In this document: in pieces, positions 48,203-57,003 of the stretch | Layout of the letters: every line of letters begins with the position of its first letter | Numbering within the stretch: position 1 is the first letter of the stretch | Source: a virus | Lineage: Duplodnaviria; Caudoviricetes | Strand: one strand, 5' to 3' | DNA length: 61,592 nt | IMG/VR virus record: IMGVR_UViG_3300032561_000023 | Span: 1 to 61,592 of that record | Notes under the pieces: model-generated | What the model was told of the DNA's origin: nothing | Database searches by the model: none | Seen by the model: only the letters and a program-made list of their open reading frames with translations | Translations under genes and position numbers: made by a program

Positions 48203-49804
48203 ATGGCAAAATCACTAGACGGCGTCTTAACCAAAAAAGCGCATAAAACAGAAAAGTTCACTGAGGAGCAAGTAGCTAGCCTCATGGCATGTGCTGACCC
48301 TGACAAAGGGTATTTGCATTTTGCTAAAAACTTTTTCCACATTCAGCATCCTGTTAAAGGTAAAGTTAAATTTGAACCTTATGAATATCAGGAAAGACTA
48401 TTAAGTGCGTATCACGATTATCGATTTAACATTAATATGTTACCGCGTCAAAGTGGTAAGACTACTTGTGCAAGTTCCTACTTGCTGTGGTATGCAATGT
48501 TTCACCCAGATCAAACAATTCTAGTTGCCGCGCACAAGTTTACAGGCGCACAAGAAATTATGCAACGTATTCGTTATGGATACGAACTTTGCGAAGATTA
48601 TATTCGATGCGGTGTTGTTAGTTATAACAAGGGTAGTATAGAATTTGATAACGGATCACGTATTGTAAGTCAAACAACTACAGGCACAACGGGTCGTGGT
48701 ATGTCTATATCATTACTATACTGTGACGAGTTTGCATTCGTGCAACCTAACATTGCTACAGAATTCTGGACCTCAATTTCACCAACACTAGCAACTGGTG
48801 GTCGTGCAATTATTACATCAACACCGAACAGTGACGAAGATGAGTTTGCTACGATTTGGAAAGAGTCACAAGATAAATTTGATGAGCACGGCAATACTAA
48901 AGATGACGGTTTAGGACGTAATGGGTTCCATGGATTCCGTGCCGAATGGTACGAACACCCAGATCGTGATGAGCAGTGGAAACAAACTGAAATGGGACGT
49001 ATTGGCGAAGAACGTTTCCGTCGTGAATATGGTTGCGAGTTCTTGGTATTTGATGAAACGTTGATTAGTTCGTTGAAACTTATCGACATGTTAGGTAGAG
49101 AACCACAATTTAAGATGGGGCAAGTTCGTTGGTATAAAAAACCAGAAGTTGGAAAAGTTTATCTAGTAGCACTAGATCCAAGTTTAGGAACAGGCGGAGA
49201 TTACGGCGCAATTGAAGTATTTGAAATGCCTGAAATGATACAAATTGCAGAGTGGCAACATAACATTACTCCTATTCAACAACAGGTTAAAATATTAAGA
49301 GATATATTAAAATATGTGTCAGAAGAGATAGGCGAAGAAAATTATAATAGTATCTATTGGAGCGTGGAAAACAATACCGTGGGTGAAAGTGCCCTAGTTG
49401 TTATAGACAATTTAGGAGAAGAAACCTTCCCAGGATTATTCTTAAGTGAACCCATGCGTAAAGGGCACGTTAAGAAATTCCGCAAAGGATTTAATACTAC
49501 ATTCGGCAACAAAATTAGTACTTGTGCTAAAGTTAAGTATCTTATTGAAGAAGATAAATGTGTATTAAATAGCAAGAGTTTAATCAGCGAACTCAAGACA
49601 TTTATTGCAAAAGGTACAACTTTTGCGGCAAAAGAAGGGCAACATGACGATTTAGTAGCGGCTTTGCTACTAGTTGTACGCATGAGCTTGCTACTAGCAG
49701 AATGGGATCCAACAGTATTCGATAGGCTAAAAGTACATAGTGACTGGGCTGAAGACGAAAACTTTGAACTACCTCTGCCTATTTTTATATCTACTGGAAT
49801 GTGA
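48203..49804 (+). CDS. terL: Terminase large subunit (T4 gp17-like)
   Basis: Walker A PRQSGKTT, Walker B LLYCDEFAF, ITSTPN, FRREYGCEF, nuclease ALDPS.G.GGDY and HDDLV. Confidence 0.95.
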   Translation: MAKSLDGVLTKKAHKTEKFTEEQVASLMACADPDKGYLHFAKNFFHIQHPVKGKVKFEPYEYQERLLSAYHDYRFNINMLPRQSGKTTCASSYLLWYAMFHPDQTILVAAHKFTGAQEIMQRIRYGYELCEDYIRCGVVSYNKGSIEFDNGSRIVSQTTTGTTGRGMSISLLYCDEFAFVQPNIATEFWTSISPTLATGGRAIITSTPNSDEDEFATIWKESQDKFDEHGNTKDDGLGRNGFHGFRAEWYEHPDRDEQWKQTEMGRIGEERFRREYGCEFLVFDETLISSLKLIDMLGREPQFKMGQVRWYKKPEVGKVYLVALDPSLGTGGDYGAIEVFEMPEMIQIAEWQHNITPIQQQVKILRDILKYVSEEIGEENYNSIYWSVENNTVGESALVVIDNLGEETFPGLFLSEPMRKGHVKKFRKGFNTTFGNKISTCAKVKYLIEEDKCVLNSKSLISELKTFIAKGTTFAAKEGQHDDLVAALLLVVRMSLLLAEWDPTVFDRLKVHSDWAEDENFELPLPIFISTGM

Positions 49805-49814
49805 TAAATATCGT

Positions 49815-51986
49815 ATGGACACAAATTTGAATAAAATAGCCAAGGACCTGTATGGAAAGATAGAAACTCGCTTTCCTGACATCAAAATTGGCGATGAAAA
49901 TGCCGAAGTTTTAAGTAGAAAAGCAGACATTCCACGAGCACGATTCTTCGAGTTCGAGTATGAACACGATGGTGTTAAACTTGGTAATGTTGCAATTACG
50001 TTGGATTCTGATGATGGAGTAGTAGTACAAATTAGCGGAAGTTTAGCAGAAAAAAAACACCCAGGCGTTTTCAAATTTATTCGTGGATTAAGATCATTTG
50101 CTAAGGACAGACTATTAAATTTTGATATTCAAAACATTAACAAAGATCAATTAGATAAAAGAGACTACGAGTTTCAATCGAAGCCTAAGGAAGAATTCAC
50201 CATGATGGAAAGTAAAATGTATGGTACTGCTAAGATCAGTTACCAGGATCTAGGAGAAGCTAGACTTGTTATTAAACACAGTCAGCCTGTTAACTTAGAT
50301 CTAGCCGCAGGACGTACAATGCACATTGAAGGCATCTATGTAGAAAATGCACAAGGTGAACGTTTTAAATATCCATACAAACATCTTAACGGTGCTCGTG
50401 CTTTAGCAGAACACATTAAGGCCGGTGGTAATCCTTACGATAATATTGGTAAACATATCACAAGTCTAAGTGAAGAACTAGCACAGTTACGTAAATTTAA
50501 AAGCTATGTTAGCCGTAATGAAACTTTATCAGAAGCAATGGGCGGCATTACCGATGTAGTGTTTAATCGTATTGATTCTATTAAAAAAGAAATTCACAAC
50601 CTACAACGTCCATCATACTATCAAGCATTTGCAGAATCATTTGAAACACGTGAAGAGCAAATGATTCCAGAAGAAATCATGAGTGATTTTATTGATCGCT
50701 TGACTATTCGTACATTTAATGAAGAATTAAAAACAGCATTTCCTTTTATCTTTCGTTTGATTGATGAAAGCGATATTCCAGTTCGCGAGCTAACAGCAGA
50801 TGATTTATTAGACGAAGCAGGAAATCCTGCACAAGCGGCAATTGCAATTTCTAAAAAAGAATCAGGCAAATACAATAAAGAAGGTAAACGAATCAAAGAA
50901 TCTCCAGAAGATCAATTTGAATCATTTATGAATCAACTTGTTGCCGAAGACGAAACAGATCAACAAGGTGTAAACACTTTGTTTAGTAGTATTCCAGAAG
51001 TAAGAGCACAAGCAGTTAAAAATTTAAAAGACAAAATTAGTCAAGGTTTAAAACCAGGAACTGATGGAGTTAATGCCGCGCTAACTTTAAAAGGTATTAT
51101 TGACAGTGACAAGTTTACTGAAAATTATCTAAAAGGTATGTCGGATAACGATAACATTGTTACTGTATTGAAACAATTTATTAAAGATGTTGCAAACAAT
51201 GATCCTAAAGCCGCTACATCAGGAAAAAATCCTGGAGCACAAGATGCGGCTAAAGAATTATTAGCAAGTGGCGAATTAGATAACATGAGCGCAGAAGTAA
51301 CACCTGATATAGGTTCAGAAGCTCCACCAGAAGCTCCTCCTGCACAGGAACCTAGCGCAGAAACACCTCCACCAAGTCCAGAAGCTCCTCCAGCGCCAGG
51401 GGGCGAAGTACCTCCTGAATTAGGTGCAGGTGCTCCTCCTGCTCCTGAAGCTCCTCCTGCTCCTGTTGCAGAAAGTGCTGGTAGAAATCTTGCAAAAATA
51501 AAAGCAAAAATTATTAAAGCTCGTGAATGCGGTGCTGATCTAAGTACAAAAATGGATTTTGGTCACAGAGCTATGACACTTCACGATGCAATCAAAGAAT
51601 GTGGGATGACTCCAATGGAATGTGGATTTGAAGAATCTGAATTTACACACAACATCGGAATGGCACACAAGCCAAGTAAATCACACGGTGAACAAGAAAT
51701 TGAAAGTAGTATTAGCGGATTTTGGAATCCAGATGCACACATGACTGAAGGCAATTTTACAATTGGTGCTACTCGTGTAATTTCAAAGATTTTAAAAAGT
51801 TATAAAAACGGTGAATACCAACACGCTACTCCACATGATGTAAAGAAAGTTATTTCTAAAGTCAAGCAAATGGATCCACAAAGTAGTGTCAAAGGTGTAA
51901 CACATAAACCAAATGCTCATCCAGCAGACATGCCAAGTTCTGTAGCAGAGGAGCTATCAAGAATTAGAAAATTGTCAGGTGTTTAA
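49815..51986 (+). CDS. Large hypothetical protein, probably virion/head-associated
   Basis: Start reassigned to ATG 49815. Ordered N-terminal half, Pro/Glu/Ala linker, C-terminal EELSRIRKLSGV. Confidence 0.6.
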   Translation: MDTNLNKIAKDLYGKIETRFPDIKIGDENAEVLSRKADIPRARFFEFEYEHDGVKLGNVAITLDSDDGVVVQISGSLAEKKHPGVFKFIRGLRSFAKDRLLNFDIQNINKDQLDKRDYEFQSKPKEEFTMMESKMYGTAKISYQDLGEARLVIKHSQPVNLDLAAGRTMHIEGIYVENAQGERFKYPYKHLNGARALAEHIKAGGNPYDNIGKHITSLSEELAQLRKFKSYVSRNETLSEAMGGITDVVFNRIDSIKKEIHNLQRPSYYQAFAESFETREEQMIPEEIMSDFIDRLTIRTFNEELKTAFPFIFRLIDESDIPVRELTADDLLDEAGNPAQAAIAISKKESGKYNKEGKRIKESPEDQFESFMNQLVAEDETDQQGVNTLFSSIPEVRAQAVKNLKDKISQGLKPGTDGVNAALTLKGIIDSDKFTENYLKGMSDNDNIVTVLKQFIKDVANNDPKAATSGKNPGAQDAAKELLASGELDNMSAEVTPDIGSEAPPEAPPAQEPSAETPPPSPEAPPAPGGEVPPELGAGAPPAPEAPPAPVAESAGRNLAKIKAKIIKARECGADLSTKMDFGHRAMTLHDAIKECGMTPMECGFEESEFTHNIGMAHKPSKSHGEQEIESSISGFWNPDAHMTEGNFTIGATRVISKILKSYKNGEYQHATPHDVKKVISKVKQMDPQSSVKGVTHKPNAHPADMPSSVAEELSRIRKLSGV

Positions 51987-51987
51987 T

Positions 51988-52776
51988 ATGAAAAAAATTA
52001 CAGAATCAGAATTAAAGAGTCTTGCAAGAAGATTGCGTGAGTATACTGCGGTAACCGAAGATGAAACGGTTCCGCCAGAACAATTATTAAAGCAGTACGA
52101 TGATGCAATTAGTGCTATGAAATCCATGCTTAAAGATAATCCAGCTGTACAAGTATCTATTAATGACTTGCAACAAAAACGCGAGGCACTAATTAAAGCT
52201 AACCCTAGTCTTGCTCCACAAACGAATAACAACGAACCTCCTGCTAAAAAATCTTGGAATGCAAACACACTTGGTTTAGGTATGGGTATGCAAGGCAAAC
52301 CAGATCTTAAAGTACAACAACTACAACAAATGCTTCACATCGAACCAGCAGATGGTCGATTTGGTCCAGCAACACAAAAAGCAGTTATTGCAAAACAAAA
52401 TGAATTGATTCAAAGAGGCGCAAAGATTAAAGCAGACGGAGCATGGGGTCCACGCTCTATGCAAGCTCTAACAGATTTTCCAGATCTTACACCTGTAGAA
52501 CCGTCTCAGGACAACAATAAATCTCAACCAGTAGTTAATGTTGAAGTTCCTACCGGTGATACATCTGGCACCGCAGGCACAGATAATGTTAAACCAACTC
52601 CAGCACCAGCCCAGCAACCTGTTGAAAAACCAGATTATACCAAAACTGGTTTGACTACTTCCGATGGACGTCCTGTTACCAGCTCTGATGGTAGCCAAGT
52701 AAAAACAGGAGCTCAAAGAGAGTCAGTTGGATACGACGAGATAAATCGAATTGTAAGTTTGGTACACTACAGATAA
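51988..52776 (+). CDS. Peptidoglycan-binding-domain protein
   Basis: V.QLQ.ML....DGRFGPATQKAV...Q and ADGAWGPRSMQAL are PG_binding_1-like motifs. Confidence 0.65.
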   Translation: MKKITESELKSLARRLREYTAVTEDETVPPEQLLKQYDDAISAMKSMLKDNPAVQVSINDLQQKREALIKANPSLAPQTNNNEPPAKKSWNANTLGLGMGMQGKPDLKVQQLQQMLHIEPADGRFGPATQKAVIAKQNELIQRGAKIKADGAWGPRSMQALTDFPDLTPVEPSQDNNKSQPVVNVEVPTGDTSGTAGTDNVKPTPAPAQQPVEKPDYTKTGLTTSDGRPVTSSDGSQVKTGAQRESVGYDEINRIVSLVHYR

Positions 52777-52812
52777 TCGAGTAAAATACTCACATTTCAA
52801 GCAAGATTTCTC

Positions 52813-52841
52813 TTGCAGAACTAAATAAAAGTGCGTACAAT
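52813..52841 (+). promoter_or_regulatory. Sigma70-like promoter with embedded TAAATA box, upstream of the SSB gene
   Basis: TTGCAG-N17-TACAAT, with TAAATA at 52822-52827. Confidence 0.55.
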
Positions 52842-52864
52842 AACATGTATGCACTTTTTGTTTT
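52827..52864 (+). terminator. Hairpin plus U-tract overlapping the promoter
   Basis: AAAAGTGCGTACA-ATAACA-TGTATGCACTTTT then TGTTTT. Confidence 0.6.
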
Positions 52865-52928
52865 ATCGGGTGATAAAACAACTATAGGCAAATAAAAAGC
52901 ACACAAAGGCTAACAATAGGAGAATATT

Positions 52929-53909
52929 ATGGCAACTTTGGCAGAAATTAGAGCAAAATTAAAATCGTCTGAACAAAAAGGTTCAGGAGAACGTACAGGC
53001 GGAGATAAATCAATTTATCCGTTCTGGAACTTAAAAGAAGGCGGAGAATCTACACTTAGATTTTTACCAGATGGTAACTCCGACAACACCTTTTTCTGGG
53101 TTGAGAGAGCAATGATCAAATTGCCTTTCTCAGGCATCAAAGGTGAATCAGAAAGCAAAAACATCACAGTACAAGTACCATGCGTTGAAATGTATGGCGA
53201 CACTTGCCCAATCTTGGCAGAAGTACGTGGATGGTTCAAAGACCCTTCATTAGAAGACATGGGTCGTAAATACTGGAAAAAGCGTAGTTACATTTTCCAA
53301 GGTTTCGTTGTTGAAGACGGACTTGGTGAAAAAGCAGAAGAACAACCAGAAAATCCAATCCGCCGTTTCATTATCGGTCCACAGATTTTCCAATCAATTC
53401 GTGCGGCACTTGTTGACCCAGAGTTGGAAGATTTGCCAACTGATTATGTACACGGTTTAGATTACCGTATGAAGAAAACATCAAAAGGTGGTTATGCTGA
53501 CTACTCAACATCAAGTTGGGCACGTCGCGAGCGTCCACTAAGCGATGTTGAACAAGCGGCAATCGCTCAACATAGCTTGTTTAACTTAACAGACTTCTTG
53601 CCTAAGAAGCCAGGTGAAGTTGAATTGAAAGTTATGAAGGAAATGTTTGAAGCGTCAGTTGACGGCGAACCATATGACATGGAACGTTGGGGTCAATACT
53701 TCAAGCCAGCAGGTATGAGCCAAAACACTGGCGATCCTGTTAAGTCAACTCCTAAAGCAAGTGCTCCAGCGGCAAGCGATGACTATGATGACGAACCAGC
53801 ACCAGTAGCTAAGTCTACTCCTGCTCCAGCACCAAAAGCTGAAGCAAGTGCAGGCGGTGATTCACGTGCTCAAGACATCTTGGCAATGATTCGCAATCGT
53901 CAGAAGTAA
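52929..53909 (+). CDS. Single-stranded DNA-binding protein (T4 gp32-like)
   Basis: Motifs LRFLPDG, C.EMYGDTCPI, YWKKRSY and GGYADYSTS.W; acidic flexible tail; AGGAG SD. Confidence 0.88.
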   Translation: MATLAEIRAKLKSSEQKGSGERTGGDKSIYPFWNLKEGGESTLRFLPDGNSDNTFFWVERAMIKLPFSGIKGESESKNITVQVPCVEMYGDTCPILAEVRGWFKDPSLEDMGRKYWKKRSYIFQGFVVEDGLGEKAEEQPENPIRRFIIGPQIFQSIRAALVDPELEDLPTDYVHGLDYRMKKTSKGGYADYSTSSWARRERPLSDVEQAAIAQHSLFNLTDFLPKKPGEVELKVMKEMFEASVDGEPYDMERWGQYFKPAGMSQNTGDPVKSTPKASAPAASDDYDDEPAPVAKSTPAPAPKAEASAGGDSRAQDILAMIRNRQK

Positions 53910-53917
53910 GCATACGG

Positions 53918-53939
53918 GTAAGGGACTTCGGTCCCTTAC
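53918..53939 (+). terminator. C(UUCG)G hairpin without U-tract
   Basis: GTAAGGGAC-TTCG-GTCCCTTAC between the SSB gene and uvsX. Confidence 0.65.
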
Positions 53940-53960
53940 AATCATTTAGGAGAAACACAT

Positions 53961-55019
53961 ATGGCTACAAAAGCCTTCGATTTATCAAAATTTAGAAAGA
54001 CCTTGACCAAAAGTATCGATGGTCTTGGAGTAGGATTTAATGATCCTACAGATTGGGTTAGTACAGGCAATTATACGCTTAACTACCTAATCAGCGGAGA
54101 CTTTAACAAAGGTGTTCCGTTAGGCAAAGTAACTGTATTTGCCGGAGAATCTGGTGCTGGTAAGAGTTTTATCTGCTCAGGAAATTTAATTCGTAACGCA
54201 CAACAACAAGGCATTTATGTTATCTTAATTGATAGCGAAAACGCACTTGATGAAAAGTGGTTACACGATTTAGGTGTTGATACAGCCGAAGATAAATTGC
54301 TTAAACTTAACATGGCAATGATCGACGATGTGGCAAAAACCATTCACGAGTTCATGAAAGAATACAAGGAAATGACTGACCGTCCGAAGGTCCTCTTTGT
54401 CATAGACAGCCTTGGTATGCTTTTAACACCTACTGATATTAATCAGTTTGAAGCGGGTGATTTGAAAGGTGATATGGGTCGTAAACCTAAGGCATTGACA
54501 GCACTTGTTCGTAACTGTGTAAACATGTTTGGTAACTATAACGTAGGTATGGTTTGTACAAATCACACATACGCAAGCCAGGATATGTTCGATCCAGACG
54601 ACAAGATTTCAGGTGGACAAGGCTTTGTCTACGCAAGTTCTATCGTAGTTGCTATGAAGAAATTGAAGTTGAAAGAAGACGAAGATGGTAACAAGGTTTC
54701 AGAAGTAAACGGTATCCGTGCCGCTTGCAAAATTATGAAAACTCGTTATGCTAAACCTTTCGAAACTGTACAAATTAAGATTCCATATGAAACAGGTATG
54801 AATCCTTATAGCGGTATGGTTGATATGCTTGAGAAGCAAGGCTTGTTAAAACAAGAAGGCAACAGGCTCAAGTGGGTTGATCCAGAGACAGGTGAGGAAT
54901 TCAAATTCTACCGAAAAGAATGGAAAGATGATAAATTAGATATGATTATGGCAAAATACCATATCAAAACTGAAACAACAACTACCATTCCTGAGGAGAC
55001 AGACGAGAATGTTGACTGA
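53961..55019 (+). CDS. uvsX: RecA-like recombinase UvsX
   Basis: Motifs AGESGAGKS, IDSENALD, VIDSLGML, GDMGRKPK, NHTY and SGGQGFVYASS. Confidence 0.92.
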   Translation: MATKAFDLSKFRKTLTKSIDGLGVGFNDPTDWVSTGNYTLNYLISGDFNKGVPLGKVTVFAGESGAGKSFICSGNLIRNAQQQGIYVILIDSENALDEKWLHDLGVDTAEDKLLKLNMAMIDDVAKTIHEFMKEYKEMTDRPKVLFVIDSLGMLLTPTDINQFEAGDLKGDMGRKPKALTALVRNCVNMFGNYNVGMVCTNHTYASQDMFDPDDKISGGQGFVYASSIVVAMKKLKLKEDEDGNKVSEVNGIRAACKIMKTRYAKPFETVQIKIPYETGMNPYSGMVDMLEKQGLLKQEGNRLKWVDPETGEEFKFYRKEWKDDKLDMIMAKYHIKTETTTTIPEETDENVD

Positions 55020-55248
55020 AACACAAATTAGTGATATCTGGGTATTCTTTACAGAATATATTGACAAGAAGCAATTAGAAACAGCGGCTGAACGCTATGT
55101 AGACCTACTAGCAGATTTCGGTGTTCCTGATAGAGTTATGCAATCAGTCACAGGTGTCGATACAATCTTAGATAATGCTATCGAGTACTATCTTGATGAA
55201 GTTGACGAAGACGAAGATGGCGAAGACTACGACGAATTGGAGTTTTAA
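55009..55248 (+). CDS. Small acidic hypothetical protein
   Basis: 79 aa with an acidic C-terminus, overlapping both neighbours. Confidence 0.6.
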   Translation: MLTETQISDIWVFFTEYIDKKQLETAAERYVDLLADFGVPDRVMQSVTGVDTILDNAIEYYLDEVDEDEDGEDYDELEF

Positions 55249-55703
55249 TGGGGTGGTATTCTAAAGTTTCGAAAGATATTAGTAATATACCAGATGCGGC
55301 TGAATATTTTGAAGCCGAACTGTTAGAAGCTAAAAAAGAATGTAATATTAGTGGAAATGTTGAACGTGCCGCGGCGGCAATGCCAGGTGTTGTTGAACAA
55401 AGATTCGCTCAGTTGCAGGAAATTGAAGCTATCTTAGAATACCTTAACATCGAACTTCGTCGTTTGAAGAGTAGTCACTTTCGTAAGTACTTAGAAAACT
55501 ATCAACGTGCTCTAAGCAGTCGAGATTGTGAAAAATTTGTCGAAGGTGAGGCAGATGTAGTTGACTTTGAAAAAATTATCAACGAATTTGCCTTACTACG
55601 CAACAAGTGGTTAGGTATTACTAAAGCACTTGACCAAAAACAGTGGCAAATTACAAATATTGTAAAATTACGTGTCGCTGGAATGGAAGATGCAAGTATA
55701 TAA
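55248..55703 (+). CDS. uvsY: Recombination mediator UvsY-like
   Basis: 151-aa helical protein between uvsX and uvsW. KALDQKQWQITNIVKLRVAG resembles the UvsY C-terminus. Confidence 0.7.
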   Translation: MGWYSKVSKDISNIPDAAEYFEAELLEAKKECNISGNVERAAAAMPGVVEQRFAQLQEIEAILEYLNIELRRLKSSHFRKYLENYQRALSSRDCEKFVEGEADVVDFEKIINEFALLRNKWLGITKALDQKQWQITNIVKLRVAGMEDASI

Positions 55704-55726
55704 CTAATTTGTCCAAAATTATGACC

Positions 55727-55759
55727 ATAGGCCTTAAATAATATTGAGGCCTATTTTTT
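55727..55759 (+). terminator. Rho-independent terminator
   Basis: ATAGGCCT-(12 nt)-AGGCCTAT followed by TTTTT. Confidence 0.75.
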
Positions 55760-55767
55760 CTAAGAGG

Positions 55768-55796
55768 TTGACCTTTGAAAAAAGTAAGCGTATACT
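55768..55796 (+). promoter_or_regulatory. Near-consensus sigma70 promoter
   Basis: TTGACC-N17-TATACT. ATG 55804 lies 7 nt downstream with no SD. Confidence 0.75.
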
Positions 55797-55803
55797 AACT
55801 AAT

Positions 55804-57003
55804 ATGCACGTAGATACACTATTAACAAAAATTATTGACGAACCTGAGTCATATTCTAAAACAGTTTTACCTAAAAAGGATTACGGAACATTGTTGAGTT
55901 TATATTCTTCAATTTCCAGTCCTACTTATATAACTGAAAACCAAGGTCGTCTAATTTTACGAATTCTTGAAGAAAATTCTAAAAAATTATCGAAATTTTC
56001 TGAAGAAATTTCTCATGTAATTTCCAATCCTATATGGTCAAGAACGTTCCGGCAAGTGGAACAGGTGAGAAAAATGTATATAACACCTAACCCCGATGAC
56101 TGTGCAACTATAACCATAGAATTCACATTTTCTTCACAAATTCGCAAAGTTTTGCAAGACACATCTCGACTATGCGAAAACTTAGATATGACATCTAATG
56201 GTAAAAAATACGTTGCAGACCTTACGGAACGAAATATTATCACACTAGTCGATGCACTGAAACCTTTTAAGTTTGAAATTGACGAAACACTGAAAAATCA
56301 CTATGAAACCATAAAATCTTGGTCATTACAAGAAGTATGTGACCAATTTTTAATCGGCAACATGACCAGTACAAACTTCCAAAAACACATTACAGCCGAC
56401 TTAGGAATAGAAACTGCCATTGATCAAAACATTATCATTGACCGCAGTATGCGCTACCAGTATCGACCAGAAATTTCCAAAAAAATCGGTGAAAATTTGA
56501 CCGAAGTGATTGCTAACCGAGAAAAAACTCGAGTTTGGATCGACAAAAAAGACCACAAAATTTCAGAAATTATTGCAAGTTTAATCAGTTTAAAACGCAC
56601 TCCTATACTGGTTGTATTCGATTCTCTTGCCAATGAAAAATATTTAGAAAATCTTGAAATTTTGTCAGATGCCCTTGAAGAAAATGGAATTTTTGACAAA
56701 ATTGGAGTTTACTTTAGACTGACAAATGACGAAGTTGGAAAGAAATTTAACAAAATTATTTCAGAAAAACATTATAATAGTGTGTTAGATCAGTCGCTAC
56801 AAGTGGCCGCAGTACAGAGTGGAAAATTACCGAAATTTTTCCTGAAAAATCCATGGCGTCCTATGAGTGTTATTGCGCTAGACACAAAAATGGGGTTACG
56901 TCACGGTAAAACTTCCGTGTATGCCAACTGCTGTGATTGCATAGTTGAGTGGGCAGACCAGCCAACTATGTTTGAAAAAAGGATAGTTAACACATGGCAG
57001 TAA
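55804..57003 (+). CDS. Hypothetical protein
   Basis: 399 aa from ATG 55804; the upstream TTG lies within the terminator/promoter. No motif recognised. Confidence 0.65.
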   Translation: MHVDTLLTKIIDEPESYSKTVLPKKDYGTLLSLYSSISSPTYITENQGRLILRILEENSKKLSKFSEEISHVISNPIWSRTFRQVEQVRKMYITPNPDDCATITIEFTFSSQIRKVLQDTSRLCENLDMTSNGKKYVADLTERNIITLVDALKPFKFEIDETLKNHYETIKSWSLQEVCDQFLIGNMTSTNFQKHITADLGIETAIDQNIIIDRSMRYQYRPEISKKIGENLTEVIANREKTRVWIDKKDHKISEIIASLISLKRTPILVVFDSLANEKYLENLEILSDALEENGIFDKIGVYFRLTNDEVGKKFNKIISEKHYNSVLDQSLQVAAVQSGKLPKFFLKNPWRPMSVIALDTKMGLRHGKTSVYANCCDCIVEWADQPTMFEKRIVNTWQ

